Assembly (NCBI GenBank): GCA_964252035.1
Contig: OZ176204.1
Reading direction: 5' to 3' (one strand)
Source of the DNA: Podarcis erhardii
Lineage: Eukaryota
Length of the DNA stretch: 64,000 nucleotides
Position numbers and translations under genes: made by a program. The notes below the pieces were generated by a model. It did not search any database and had not been told where the DNA came from. It worked only from the letters and a program-made list of their open reading frames with translations. Position 1 is the first letter of the stretch. Each line of letters begins with the position of its first letter. Below are positions 46,023 through 59,094 of the stretch, piece by piece.

Positions 46023-47217
46023 ATAACTGACATAATCTGAAACACTCTTTCTGTATCCAGTTTTTCACCAGAAATAGTGTTTCCAAGAAACCCTAACATG
46101 ACTTTATTTTATATAAAGATATTATATAAAATGGTATAAAAGCAGTTTAACCAAACAGTTCTTGGGAAGCTGAAGGGTTGTGGGCTTTTCTTCCCTGTCG
46201 CCAGCCGATTGCAAGAAAACTCCTATGGATGTCAGGTATGAGAAACTACACAGAATTCAACCTTCCTGCTAGAGACAATGTATTGCATCCTACAGATGAA
46301 GAGGAATGAATAACCTCAAAGCTATGAGTTGGACTGTCTATTGGAAAAAGGAAGGAGTCTATATGTGACAATGAGATCGCCCAGCACTCCTTCCACTTGC
46401 TTTCGTCAATAACTTTAACAAGCTAGCCAGGGGGTGTAGTAGGTGCAAGATTACAAATGAATCACATACACTGTATTCAGTGGGCCAACCATTACTTTGC
46501 AGTGCACTGCTCCAAACTAGAGGTAACTTACAACACGTGCATTTAACTTGTGCACGTTCAGCTTTACACACTTGCCAATTTTATTATTAGTAGTATTAAA
46601 AGGGGAGCATTAAACCTAATGTGCGATTTTGACTTTACACACCATTCATGGAAAATAACTCCAGCATAAGTTGAGAATCACCTGTATATATATATATATA
46701 TATATATACAAAAACTGAAACTAGCCAGATCTTCTTACCTCCCTTTCCTTGCTTGGGTCACCCAGAACTGATTCCCCCTATGCAGACATTTCTAAATGAC
46801 TTTAATTCCTGCTCACATTACAAGGGGCATTATCAGGAGGACCTGAGCCCCAAGTTATTATTATTTTTGCACTTTGTCCTGGATCTCCTGCCCTTACCCC
46901 CACCCCCTTTAAAAAAAAAAAAAACCTCTGGAATTTGACCTCAATTTGCATCTAGGCATATAAATTAGCATATGAAAAAATGTGCTTTTTAAAAAAAAAA
47001 TCATAAAATTTACACACCACTTGATTGCAAGGGAGGGTCCCTCAAAGGAGTTTACAAAAAGGATAAAAAAATGAAATTATCAGTAGAAGCAGCTAATAAC
47101 CACTATTTAAAACATTAAAAAATTGTTTTATGAGTCTGTGAACCGAGTCTTCTAAGGGCCCAGCTAATGTCCCTGAAGCTGGCCAATGAAAGGCATAATT
47201 AAATCTGCACATTTGCT

Positions 47218-47404
47218 ACAAGGGGCCAAGCCCACCTCTCATCCGCCATGCAAACAAGCAAGAGGCTTTGCCACACATTCCAGCCAGGCCAAAGCATCTA
47301 AGCAAGGCTAGTGATAGGTGAGGTCTTGGGAGAGTCTCAGGGGCTGAATAGAGAGGCTTAGGATGCCATATTTGACCCCTGAGCCTTATGTTCCTCACTC
47401 CTGG
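47218..47404. mobile_element. partial hAT MITE
   Basis: ends gccatatttgacccctgagccttatgttcctcactcctg, a typical hAT MITE terminus; other end unclear. Confidence 0.4.
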
Positions 47405-48423
47405 TCTACAGGAAGGGAGGGAAATGAATGAGAAGAGGGAAGTGGGCCCACATCTTCCCAAAGTCTCTCCCAAACCTGCAGCTGACACTGTAACAAAACG
47501 ATATTGTTCTCAATTGCCCCTTGCTTGCTCCACAGACAGACCTGCAGTTCATCTATTGTACTTGGCACGTCTGTATAAGATTTGCCACATATGCCTGAGC
47601 TTCCTCTGAATTATCGTTTCCTAGTTTCTCACAGACATCTTCTTTGTTCTTAATCATACCACCGTTCCTTGGTGGCTTTGTCTGGGGCATCAGAGTTTAC
47701 CTTCTTGCCATGAAATTTATCACAATCCTAGCAGGCTGAAGTGACTTCCAGCTGAGAAGCCCTGCGCTCCTGAAGAGCAGATAGACTTCTGTAAATATAC
47801 TATGGATGTGTCCTCAGTTCAGGTGGAAATAAACTTCTCTCACACAATCATGCTACGGTAATTTGACCCAATTTGTAGCCATGCAGAGAGGTTTGTATCT
47901 TTGTATCTTCTCTGGGGTAAGCTCTTATTTCCAATTCACTCAAACCACAGGCTTCAAAAATGATATCTTTCCATACAATTGCCCACAGATAACACTATTC
48001 TCTGGGATGGAATATTTACACTTCTGTGCCCCTCATAGAAGTCCTCTAGGAAGTTCAGCAATCGTGTCAGAACATGACTATATAGTCCAGCTCAGGAGCT
48101 CAGAACAAGCATGTTTTGCCCTCCAATAATCCTATAGAAGTCCATTCACAACCACTTTAGAGTCCCCAAAAAAGCAGTTTTTAAATCCTGAATATGACTG
48201 GCCTCTCAATCAAATCACTAGCAGAAAATATAATGAATCAAGTTGTACGATATAGGAAGCATTGTGAAATCAGTGCTCAAATTACACAGACAATGTATGG
48301 CAGGGGTTGCTTTAATGAAATTTAAAAGTCACACCCTGACTTCCCCTAATTTTAGCTATATATTACACCCCTTCACAAGCCGCCCCAAAGCAGTAGCTAA
48401 GGGAGCAGGCACAAAAGGTCAAG

Positions 48424-48848
48424 GTCAAAGGCCTGGAAACGATGCCTTATGAGGAACGGCTAAGGGAGCTGGGCATGTTTAGCCTGGAGAAGAGGAGGTT
48501 AAGGGGTGATATGATAGCCATGTTCAAATATATAAAAGGATGTCACATAGAGGAGGGAGAAAGGTTGTTTTCTGCTGCTCCAGAGAAGCGGACACGGAGC
48601 AATGGTTCCAAACTACAAGAAAGAAGATTCCACCTAAACATTAGGAAGAACTTCCTGACAGTAAGAGCTGTTCGACAGTGGAATTTGCTGCCAAGGAGTG
48701 TGGTGGAGTCTCCTTCTTTGGAGGTCTTTAAGCAGAGGCTTGACAACCATATGTCAGGAGTGCTCTGATGGTGTTTCCTGCTTGGCAGGGGGTTGGACTC
48801 GATGGCCCTTGTGGTCTCTTCCAACTCTATGATTCTATGATTCTATGA
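48424..48848 (+). mobile_element. CR1 LINE 3' end, well preserved
   Basis: [30 protein letters not shown]...[40 protein letters not shown]; (ATTCTATG)n tail. Confidence 0.96.
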
Positions 48849-49017
48849 AAAGGGAGAGACCAGGCGATTGCTGCTCACAACTGTAATTTGGGGTTTTGTG
48901 GGAAGCCTCCACATAAATGACAGGACTTTCTCAGAGTTTCTCAGACTTTCTCAGAGTCCACTTTCTCAGAAAAAAAGTTGGAGAATTCTCTGCAGTGGCA
49001 TTTGAGATGATGTAAGG

Positions 49018-49332
49018 AACTGTGGGTGGCGCTGTGGTCTAAACCACTGAGCCTCTTGGGCTGCCGATGGGGTGAGCTCCAGTTGTTTGGTCCCAGCTCC
49101 TGCCAACCTAGCAGTTTGAAAGCACTCCAAAAAGTAAAAGCAGATAAATAGGTACTGCTCTGGCGGGAAGGTAAACGGTGTTTCCGTACGCTGCTCTGGT
49201 TTCGCCAGAAGCGGCTTAGTCATGCTGGCCACATGACCCAGAAAAAATGTCTGCAGACAAACGCCGGCAAGATGAGCGCTGCAACCCGAGTCGTTCGCGA
49301 CTGGACATAACTGTCAGGGGTCCTTTACCTTT
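49018..49332 (+). mobile_element. Sauria SINE with internal deletion removing the B box
   Basis: gggtggcgctgtggtctaaaccactgagcc joins directly to ggggtgagctcc; ends ggggtcctttaccttt. Confidence 0.9.
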
Positions 49333-49345
49333 AAGGAACTGCAGT

Positions 49346-49600
49346 TAGGGTTGCCATATTCCAAACAGGGAAATTCTGGACAGAAAAGTTCTTGAGCTTT
49401 TTTGGGAAAATCGTAACAAACAAACAAACAAACAAACCCCCAACTTGCCGCTTTTGAGCTATTTTTATGGCTAATCGGCAAAAATTACATTGCCAACATG
49501 GGATTTTCCCAGACATTTTTAAAACAATTTCCAGCCAGACACGGCTGCCGACTGCACTATTCCAATATGCCCAGGTAATTGTGGACATATGGCAACCCTA
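49346..49600. mobile_element. hAT (Blackjack-like) MITE, 255 bp
   Basis: perfect 14-bp TIR tagggttgccatat / atatggcaacccta; TSD not preserved. Confidence 0.75.
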
Positions 49601-50156
49601 GATATGGATGGCCATCTAGTCAATATTATCTACAGTGATAGGCAGCGTCTCTCCAGTGGTTCAGAGAGGAATCACTCCTGCCTGGAGACACCAGCATTTA
49701 ACCCGGGCTCTTTTGAGACTCTGCCACTGAGCTGTGGCCTTTTCCCAAGTGGAAGAGGAAAGCAAGAGCTCCCTGCTGCATGCATGGCTTCAGCACATTT
49801 ATTACACCATTTTGGCATCAGGCTTCAATGCAGATTGGCTGAAGTGTCTTTTAGCTTCACTCTTCAAATAAGTGAGGAAAACAGCAGGATTGAGGGGGGG
49901 ATAACTCAGTTATGCACCATTTCCTACTTAAGATTCTGTTCATTCATACCTGACTCATCTCTGCTTCTTCACACCAGGCATTTTTTAATTAAATGGATGG
50001 AGATTTTAAAATTAATGACTGGTGCTTTATAGCAGCCTCCCCCAACAAGGTGCCCTCCAGATGTTTTGTTTATAGCTCCCATCAGCCTCGGGCAGCTCTG
50101 TGGTTGAATTGATATTAGCCACTTATTACTTTGTCCTTATTCCAAGAATACTGAAT

Positions 50157-50230
50157 GATAGAATCATAGTATTTTAGAGTTGGAGGTGACCCAAGGGTCA
50201 TCTAATCCAACCCCCTGCAATGCAGGAATG
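50157..50230 (-). mobile_element. CR1 3' tail
   Basis: atagaatcatag...agagttggaggtgacccaagggtcatctaatccaaccccctgc. Confidence 0.75.
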
Positions 50231-50334
50231 ATGCTGTGGTCTCTCTAGGACTAAGCAGGATTTGTAGAGACAAGTGCAAAAAACCAAACACATGCACCAA
50301 TTCATCATTATCATCACCACCACCACCACCATTA

Positions 50335-50425
50335 TCAATACTCTGCCCATCTGGCTGGGTTATCCCAGTCACTCTAGGCAGCTCCCAACACCTATAAAAA
50401 CATAATAAAACATCAAACATTAATA
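50335..50425 (-). mobile_element. L2 3' tail
   Basis: tgcccatctggctgggttatcccagtcactctaggcagctcccaac, reverse complement of the 35060-35120 motif. Confidence 0.7.
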
Positions 50426-51329
50426 GTAACAATCTGATTTGCATTATTAGAACATATACTGAGTTACTGTAAGAGTCACCTTTGGTGCTCCACCCATATT
50501 GCATTGTGGCACCGCCCACCGCCATGAGGGTCTCCTGCCCCATCTGTAGCCCCAATCCCTACTGGCTGTCAAGAGGCAGAGCCTGAGGCAAAGGGAGACT
50601 GCTTCTGCTTCTGCTGCTCTTCTCTGGTGTGCATGCATGGCGAGGAAAGGGTGTATAGCCAAGCACTATGTAGTTTACTGATGAGAAGTCCATGGGATGC
50701 TTTTGTAGGGAGAGGATTGAGGCCTCTAATGTCCAAAGTGGCTTCCACCAAAAATAAAGTAACATTTCACATTTCCCACAAACAGGTTCACTTTGCAAAC
50801 AGCCTCAAACAGTTACTGTTTATGAATACAGCTTTGATCCCTTTTTCCTTTTCAGGTACCATTTCATGGGTAAGATTTCAAGGATAAGAAGAACTCAGCC
50901 ACCCCCTTTTACGTATAATGGAGAGGGATCTGTCTCTTTTCCAACAATCGTTCCTCCAACCATCATAGTTAAGAGGTTCTTTTTCCAGCACTATATGTGC
51001 TTTGGCTGCCACTTTGTGGCCATGAGTAGCAATTACATTGAGGAACTGGTTCTAAAGTAAAAAAAACCAAAACACCTAAATACTAATACAACATCACATG
51101 AAGATAAAATTATAAGGCTCAACAGTTTTTAGTGTGATATGTTGCACTTGCTGCAGAGTTAGCCTTTACTGTGCTTTCATGACCACAGACCTATTTTTTA
51201 AAATTGTCTTGGCTCAGTTTACATGTGCGGTGCTTCAGTACTTTGAGCATCTTCAAGCTATGGAGTTATGGAGAAAGGCTTTAACCAAGTTTTGTCTCTC
51301 TGATGTTATTGTTCCATGTATACAGAGCC

Positions 51330-52103
51330 AGTTCGAACTAATACCAGTGTACAGGAAGAAGCAAAGATCACCAGCGTTGAAACAATGATTCTTCAACATC
51401 AGCTTCGTTGGACTGATCATGTTGTGCAGATGCCTGATTATTGTCTTCCAAAGCAACTACAGTGGTACCTCTGGTTGTGGGTGGGATCTGTTCCAGAGCT
51501 CTGGTCAGATCCCAAGGTTTCTGCAACTGAAGGGACCACTTCTGCACATGCGTGTGGTGTGGTAGAGCGCTTCTGCACATGTACGCGCAGCAAAACCTGG
51601 AAAAATACTTCTGGGTTTGACGCCTTTGCATCCTGAAGGATACACAACTGGAGGTGTGCATATCCAGAGGTGCCACTGTACTCTATTACAAACTTAAAAA
51701 TAGAAAGCGTAATGCTGGTGGTCAGCACAAGAGGTTAAAAGACGGTCTCAAGGCAAATTTTTAAAAATGTAGTATAAACACCAACAATTGGGAAATACTT
51801 GTCTACAAGCACTCCAATTGGAGAACAGCCTTTACCAAAGGTGTCATGGACTTTGAAGATGCTCGAACTCAGGATGCAAGGGAGAAACATGCTAAGAGGA
51901 AGGCATGCTTGGCAAATCCACACCGTGATCAACTCCTGCCTGGAAACCAATGTCCCCACTGTGGAAGGACGTGTGGATCCAGAATTGGCCCCCACAGTCA
52001 CTGACAGATTCATTGTTAAAACTGTGTTTATGGAAGGCAATCTTACTTGGCTACAAGTGCTTGCAGAAGAAGGAGAAGAAGAAGAAGAAGAAGAAGAAGA
52101 AGA
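51330..52103 (+). mobile_element. RTE-clade LINE 3' end (not BovB) with (GAA)n tail, split by a MITE
   Basis: RTNTSVQEEAKITSVETMILQHQLRWTDHVVQMPDYCLPKQL|LYYKL...GGQHKRLKDGLK...CPHCGRTCGSRIGPHSH; in-frame stops present. Confidence 0.85.
51460..51678. mobile_element. Tc1/mariner (Tigger-like) MITE, 219 bp, second subfamily
   Basis: TIR cagtggtacctctgg / ccagaggtgccactg; TA at 51458-59 and 51679-80; removing it restores the RTE frame KQL-LYY. Confidence 0.92.
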
Positions 52104-52165
52104 CAGGGCCAGTGTCAGCACCTGGCATCCTCTGGTAGTTGTCAGGTCCCGAGCATCCCAGAAGG

Positions 52166-52447
52166 CAGGGGAAGATCTACCATGAAACTAATGAAGCTTA
52201 AGCTTCAAGGCCCCTAATCCCAGATTAGTCCCCGATTAGTCCACATTGCTTAAAAATGTTGGGTCTAGTAGACCCAATATATATAAACAATCCCAAAGTT
52301 TGTGAGTCAGTAGCATAGCTGTTGTAAAGGTGTGGTGATTTCTTGTGGAACAACCCCACTGAAGAAGATAGCAGTGGTTACCCAGAACATGTTGCAAAGG
52401 GGCCCCTCATAAGAGTTCAGGGCCCCCAAAATTTAGGTCCACCACTG
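52166..52447. mobile_element. older hAT MITE, 282 bp
   Basis: ends caggggaagatctac / taggtccaccactg; flanks ccagaagg and ccaagagg (6/8, degraded TSD). Confidence 0.6.
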
Positions 52448-54791
52448 CCAAGAGGGGTCCAATTACAGTGAAGTATGTTTTGCCTTTCTATCCATCAGTT
52501 GCTTTCCTGGTAGCAGCAGCTAGGTTTGAGAAGTTGCCCAAGAATATCCATGTAATGTGCTCCTAGCCAGTATGTGTAGGGATCATTTTCAAAGGGGAGC
52601 ATTCCAGCATGTGAACCCTCATCTTTTGCCTGAAGGGGCACACTCCTAACACAGCCCAGATGCTGGGAAAGTGTTTAGAAAAATAGGGTTGAGATCAACA
52701 GCAAAAGCACTCAAAACCAATTATCCACTACACTGAATGGTCAGCACTGGTAAAATGCTAGGGGCTCTTGAACAACAGGCCAACAGGTCTATCAACAAGA
52801 TACCACGCCCTCCCCCCCCCCCACCGGCTCCATCCAGGAAAACAGTAGTGACTTTGGTGTCAGGAGGATGGTTCCTCCTAACGACATGCACTGCTAAAGC
52901 ATTTTATTCCACAGGATATTTGAGGGACTGGGCTAGGCAGCTGTGTCAGTCAGTTGCTGTAAATTGTCCAGTGTTACCCCTTGAATTGCTGAACTTATTT
53001 AGAGCAATGGAGATACTTTGCACTTGTATGTATCTATGTATATCTGTATCTGCAAAAGCTTGCAAGCTATGTCCCGAACTGCTTTACTGAGTCTTATCTT
53101 CTGCAACGGTAAACAATTCGGACCTTGAACTCCTTCTATGTGGTGATTGGCACTGGGAGCAACTTTCATTACACGTGTATCTCACTCCATATTCCCAACA
53201 TAAACTACACAAATTATTAAAGCAGGACATTGAAAGTATGGAAAGAAGGCAGTCACAATAATAGCTGTACGGTTTGATCAGTGTGAAGTAGGGTGCAGCC
53301 CTAGTTGAAAAGCATCCAGCTCTCCCATCCCATTTAGGAATCTAGGCCAAGGCACTGCTGTCTCTTCTTTGGGAACTGATGTTAATTGAACTCATCTTAT
53401 GAGGAATAAAATCTTTCTCTGTCCAGCAGATGTCAGTGAAAGCTCTAGAACAGAAAAATAATAATCTATGATACATGAAATGCCACTGTAATTTGTGGAA
53501 ATATGCAACAGGCCCATGGGCTTCGTAATTCTTGGCATTTAGAAAACAAATACTTCATTAAGTTGAATAAATTGCCTTTCCATGGAGGAAGTGTTCAGTA
53601 ATTTTCAGATGTTTACATTTGAATGCTTTAAATATTATTGCCATTAAATCATGTTTCGTTTAATTCTAATTATTATAATAACAAAATGTTGAAATGAAAA
53701 TGTGAACACAAGACTGTTTTTATGCAACATAGAAAAAAAGGCGTGCCATTTGGCATCTCTGTTAAGTGCTAACCATTCAGAAGAGCCCAATCCATCATTA
53801 GTCCAAATATGGAAACAAGTCTTAATGATTTTAACAGGGCTTAGTTCCAAATATGGATATTTAGGACTGTGGTCTTAAGATGTTATTAATCTCCAGTGGT
53901 TCTGGAGATTATGGGGCCCACTGGCAAGGCATGGAGCCCAAATAGCAATTGGATTCATAGAACCAGCAATTTCTGTTTTATTCCCACCCTTCTCCCTGTT
54001 GAGTTTTACAAGGATAACACTGAGACTATAGAGGAAGAAGCTGACAGGCAGTGTGGAAAGAAAGAAGGCAGGTAGGTGGGGGTAGACTGAGAGCAGCTTG
54101 AGGTTGGTGGGTCAGTACCCCCTTGCCCAAATGAAGCAGCCACTACTGCTAATTGTATGAGCTGTAAATCCGTAGACTAACCCTTACATGAGATCATGTG
54201 CAAGAGCAATTGACTGAAGCTTTGCAACAAACATTGGTTTTGAGGAGCATTAGACAGATGCATATAGCAGTTATCAAAAGCTACCTAAGTGGGTCTTTTA
54301 CTCAAATTTCCAGGCACATCTTGTTTCACCGAGTGAGATCCCTTGGGGGCCTGAGCATGCTTCTGCTCACACAATGGAAACAGTAGGAAGAAAAGGAGAT
54401 GAGATTTAGAAATACTCAAGAATGCATCTACATTTCTCCCTGATTTGGTGGGTCGGTGCAACAGTGGGGACAAAGGCAGCCAACAGCCATTTCTTTATCC
54501 TTCCCCAAAACATCTGGTGTAGGAGCTCCAACATTAGTTGTGCCCAACTTTGCCCTATGGGCGACAGTTCATGGTTTGTCAGGGAGAGCTAAACCATGAG
54601 CCTGGGTTCAGGTGACACACTAATGCAAACCATGAGTTAGCTCAGTGCAGCAGCAAAACAAAATGAAAGAAGCAAAGCAGCCACAATCTCCTTTGCATGT
54701 TCATGCTAAACTATGGTTTGGCTTGGCCTTACATGTGAATGAAGCTTCTATCTTGCAATTAGAATGCTGTTTTGTAAAGGGTGTTTTTATT

Positions 54792-54860
54792 ATTGTTATT
54801 GTTATTGTTATTGTTATTGTTATTGTTATTGTTATTGTTATTGTTATTGTTATTGTTATT
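54792..54860. repeat. (ATTGTT)11 hexanucleotide repeat
   Basis: direct reading; source of the VIVIVI and ITITIT ORFs. Confidence 0.95.
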
Positions 54861-57800
54861 AAAAACAACAACTTCTGTTTTCCTTTTAAACGTTTCTGTA
54901 GAACAGTGATAGCAGATAGCATTTGAAGAAACCTTCTTGGTGGAACATCAGTGAAATGAACTTGTGCAAGGTGCATTTATCTGATTTGAGTGGTTTCTCC
55001 CCTGTTTCCTGCAGACACAGCTTGGGTTCTTCAGGGAGGGTCTTTTCGGACTGCCTGAAGATTTTCAGGGAGCATAGGGCATTAAGGGGGAGAGATTTTT
55101 TGTACCAGTGGTCTTCGACTTGCACAACCATTGGATACATCCCATGGAAAAGAGCAGAAGGTGCAAATGATCAACTTTCATTTACCTAGTTGTTCTTGAA
55201 GGTGAGGAAAATATTAGATTATTAGCATATGGTTTCCACATTTAATAACTTACTATGCTTAGATTTCCACTGGAAATATAAGGCAGAAAATGAGGTTTCA
55301 TTTGGAATATTTTACCCAATTGCCCCCTCCCCCAGGAGAGAAAAAAACATCTCAATATTTTATTTTGAAGTTGGAAAGTTTTGATCAGCTGAAATACATT
55401 CAGAATCTAATTTTTAAGTTACTGCATTTGCTCATGCCAAATGTGATTTCATTTATTTAAGTGCTAAAGATTTCAAGAGAGAAGAGATGCAATCTAGATG
55501 AAGTTTCTTTTAGAAACAGAAGTTATGGATTTCTTGAAAGTTTTGACTTATTTTATTTTTTAAGGGTTCTGATTTCTTTTTGGTTCAATTTCTAGATTGG
55601 GAGAAATCTTCCATATGTAGATAAATGTGTGATTTCTTCCTAATAAGCACATCCACACCCTATTGTAAATCTTTTTTGTGGTCGTCTATCAGTTAATCCA
55701 TTTAATTTTTCAAGTAAAGCAAATTTTATTGAAAAGATGGTTCCATTATTAAATATTTTAGGTACCTGTGATTGTATAGAAAGTTTCTTATTAACATAAT
55801 TTCTTAAGGGGGAAATGTGATTGCCTCTAACTATCATGAATATCTGAATTTTTCATTTGCATTGTCCCACTCTTCTTTTTGATCTCTGTAATGAATAGTT
55901 CTACTGTGAAGTATCCAAGATCAGATATTTCTCTTTCTATTTTCTGTTGGAGGGACAAAACCTGAAATTGCAAGGAGCATCCAAGATAATTGTGCCTTTT
56001 GGGGACACTCTCATGTGTTTGTCCTATTTCATGTTTCAGCAATTCCCTCCCTCGTCAGCAATATCGGCAGTTTCTACAGTGTCCCTACTATTTAAAAGCT
56101 TGCAGCTGGCCCTAAAATCTTGATGGGCTTAAGAGAATTGCAATACAGATGCTACTATCTCTGTCTTATGCCCATATCTGTTCTATTTCCTGATAAGTGT
56201 ACAACTGAGGGCCATTTTGGTTGAAATACCCAGCTGAGACGGATTGTGATCTGATTGGCTTCCACAACTGGTTGTACATGTGGATATTTATTGATACCAA
56301 GCTGAAGTTCTCTCAAAGGCTGTTGCAATTGAAGCAGCTGATAGATCTGCATGCCTGTGGAGAGACAATGAAGCTGCTCACCTATGTGCCATGATTTGTC
56401 GTACTGCATTGGTAAGAAAATGGAGGCTGCTACTATAACAACTATCATCTGTGTGATGAGGAGAGTGGAAAAAAGAGCTTGGTTTTAAAAAAATTAAAAT
56501 CCCTCAAAGAAAGTGATGGACTTAAATTACCAGAGCATCTTGAGAAACAAAGCTTGAGTAAGAACGTCTATTTATTGTGTCTTAAATATTCTCAATTTTT
56601 GTGAGTGGCCTCCTAATGAAACGGCAACAGCCATTCCAAAGATGCTTCAGTGATGCACCCTTCACAATCATGAAACCTTCATTTTTTTTGGACTACAGCT
56701 CCCATCAACCCCAACCAGCATGTGCTGGCTGGGGCTGATGGGAGTTTCAGGTCAAAACACCTGAGGAGACCAGGCTGGTAAAGGCTGGTCCAATACATAG
56801 CTTTGCACCTGGCCTTCTTGACCAAGTCGCGAAGCCCCAGTTCCCATCATGGCAGCGTGATGGAGTAACACCATACAAATACGAGCCTGTTTCCCAGCTC
56901 TTCTCTTTTACTCCAGCATGTGACTCTGATTATCTGCAGATCCTTTGAGTGTTTGTGATTTCAATCAGCATCTTGTTCATTCACTGCCTTTTTGTTTATT
57001 GATTTATAAGCCCTTTAGAGCTGTATCATTATTGCCAGCATTTTCCTCTCCATGGGGGCAAAACAGTATTTCATTAAGAGTGTGTTAGAAGCTATTTGAA
57101 AGTGACAGTGTGTTTTGTAGCCGGGTAAGAGAGGTGACATATTTATATGAGAGTGACAGAAATGATCATGAAACATAATTACTGTATCTGAAGAAGTGGA
57201 GGGGAGGGAGAGAGAAGTCTACTAGCACCAGAAGGAGCCTCTCTGTTGTGTTGTGACATCACTGCAAATATTGCTGCTCAATTCCATTTGAGTAGACAGC
57301 AGTTGTAAACCTTAGAGGGTAGTTCCAGGAGCTATGAAAAGATCATGATCAATCTTGAAATAAATATATTAGTGCTGTGCTGAAATGGCTCCTTCAGTTT
57401 CTCCTGTGCTTTCTTCCTCTGCAAATAAGGCTTTCCTTTTCCTTTTCCTGCTTCATTCTCAGGGCACCATAGCATTTCTTTAGAAGGTGAGTGCAGGGTT
57501 TGCTCATCATTTTGAGGTGGCCACGGGTGACCTGTGGGTTTTTCTTTCCATTTCATCACCAATAAATATTTAAATAAATAATTCTTGCTTACGAGCATTA
57601 TGAAATTAAATGACTCGAGCTGACCCAATGGATTAACTCAACCAGTTTCTAAATATAATTTTTTCCAGATGTTAACATTATTTTAGTGGACCTGAAATAA
57701 CTGACAATGATGCAAATAATGGTTGAACACTTGGGAGAAATTCCATAGATGGATTCATTGCAATAGTTACATCCATTTTATAATATCACTCTGTGCCAGA

Positions 57801-58182
57801 AAGTATTGGGTTGGATCCAGACAAAGGTTGTTGAACTTTGGATCTATTGAAATCAATGCAACTTAAGTTCCACTAACTGAGCCTGCATCCAATTCAATAC
57901 TTTTAACCAATGTGTAAGTAGGATAGTGGAGAGTAACTGCAGACTCTGATGTAACCTCCCCTTTTGTATCTGCCAAATCACATTACTCTTGGGGTTTGCA
58001 GAGATCTAGGTTTCTAAGGCTACATCTTCAGCTAATTTCCTGTGCTGTGGTCCCCTATGTGGTTATAAACCACTCCAAACTTCAGCATTTGAGGATTGCA
58101 AAGTGAGAGGCTACCAACTTGATTGATTCTAAATATGTGAAGTTTTTTTTTAGAAAATTCATGAGCTCTAACATCCATGTAC

Positions 58183-58554
58183 TAAAGGTAAAAAAAGGTT
58201 AAGGACCCCTGGACGGTTAAGTCCAGTCAAAGGCGACTATTGGGTTGCAGCGTTCATCTCACTTTCAGGCCGAGGGAGCCAGCATTTGTCTATAGACAGC
58301 TTTCCGGGTCATGTGGCCAGCAAGACTAAACTGCTTCTGGTACAACGGAACACCATGACGGAAACACTGTTTACCTTCCCACTGCAATACCTATTTATCT
58401 ACTTGCACTGGCGTGCTTTCAAACTGCTAGGTTGGCAAGAGCTGCAACAGAGCAATGGGAGCTCACCCCATCGCGGGGATTCGAACTGCGCCAACCATCT
58501 GATCGGCAAGCCCAAGAGGCACAGTGGTTTAGACCACAGCGCCACCCGCATCCC
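58183..58554 (-). mobile_element. Sauria SINE, near full length
   Basis: aaaggt tail, ggggattcgaac B box and gcgccacccgcatccc head on the minus strand. Confidence 0.92.
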
Positions 58555-58605
58555 ATGTACTGCCTCTCATCAAAAACACTTTGCCCTCTCAAGTCCAAAC
58601 TACTC

Positions 58606-58677
58606 CTCCTCTTCTTCTTCTTCTTCTTCTTCTCCTCCTCCTCCTCCTCCTCCTCCTCCTCCTCCTCCTCCTCCTCT
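58606..58677. repeat. compound (CTT)n(CCT)n microsatellite
   Basis: direct reading. Confidence 0.95.
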
Positions 58678-59094
58678 CCAGCAAAGGTTCAATAGAGTAC
58701 TCTCCTCTCTTGTGCATCTGGTATTCAGAGGCATACTGCCTCCCACATACTGGAAGTAATACCACTACTATGACCAGTAGCCACTGATAGCCTTCCATTG
58801 GATGATCCTTATAATTACCCAGTCCATCGTAGCTGCTGTTTGCCATGTGACTATATATAGGCCAAAGCTACACACAGACTCTAGTTGGCTGACTTGCAGT
58901 ACACTTCCTCCAGCCTTGCGTGAAGTGGCACATTCAAAATCAATGCGGAAGGATTTTGTGCATGCAGCTTAGAGTGAGTGGCATTGCTTGTCCGCCTGTG
59001 GCACTAATGGCTGGAAGACCGAATGAAGAACAGCTGCCATCCTGGGGGTATTGGTGAGAAGCGGCTGTAGCATACTCTCCATCTATCAGTCATA

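Noticed and set aside
45787-46086. 99-aa ORF reading through antisense 7SK into the LINE frame
   Set aside because: Chance open frame across flank, 7SK and decayed ORF2; it ends at a frameshift and has no expression signals
48925-48970. Short actttctcag repeats (and caactact triplet at 14661-14700)
   Set aside because: Small slippage duplications with no further structure
54645-54976. Low-complexity ORFs (VIVIVI/ITITIT; also ERERER at 8734 and 39991, poly-Y at 35055, poly-S/P/L/R at 58286-58846, poly-E at 51799)
   Set aside because: All are translations of microsatellites or retroelement tails
55380-55900. AT-rich, motif-dense stretch resembling a conserved non-coding element (also 17280-17620 and 35690-35950)
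   Set aside because: Conservation cannot be judged without alignments; short homeobox, TATA and octamer motifs are common in AT-rich DNA
56155-56448. 97-aa minus-strand ORF with an internal acceptor-like site
   Set aside because: No recognisable domain; the nearby donor and acceptor are only about 25 nt apart; no partner exons
58912-58980. 60-nt plus-strand segment with AG and GTGAGT borders
   Set aside because: Isolated signals of this strength occur by chance in 64 kb; the peptide is unrecognisable
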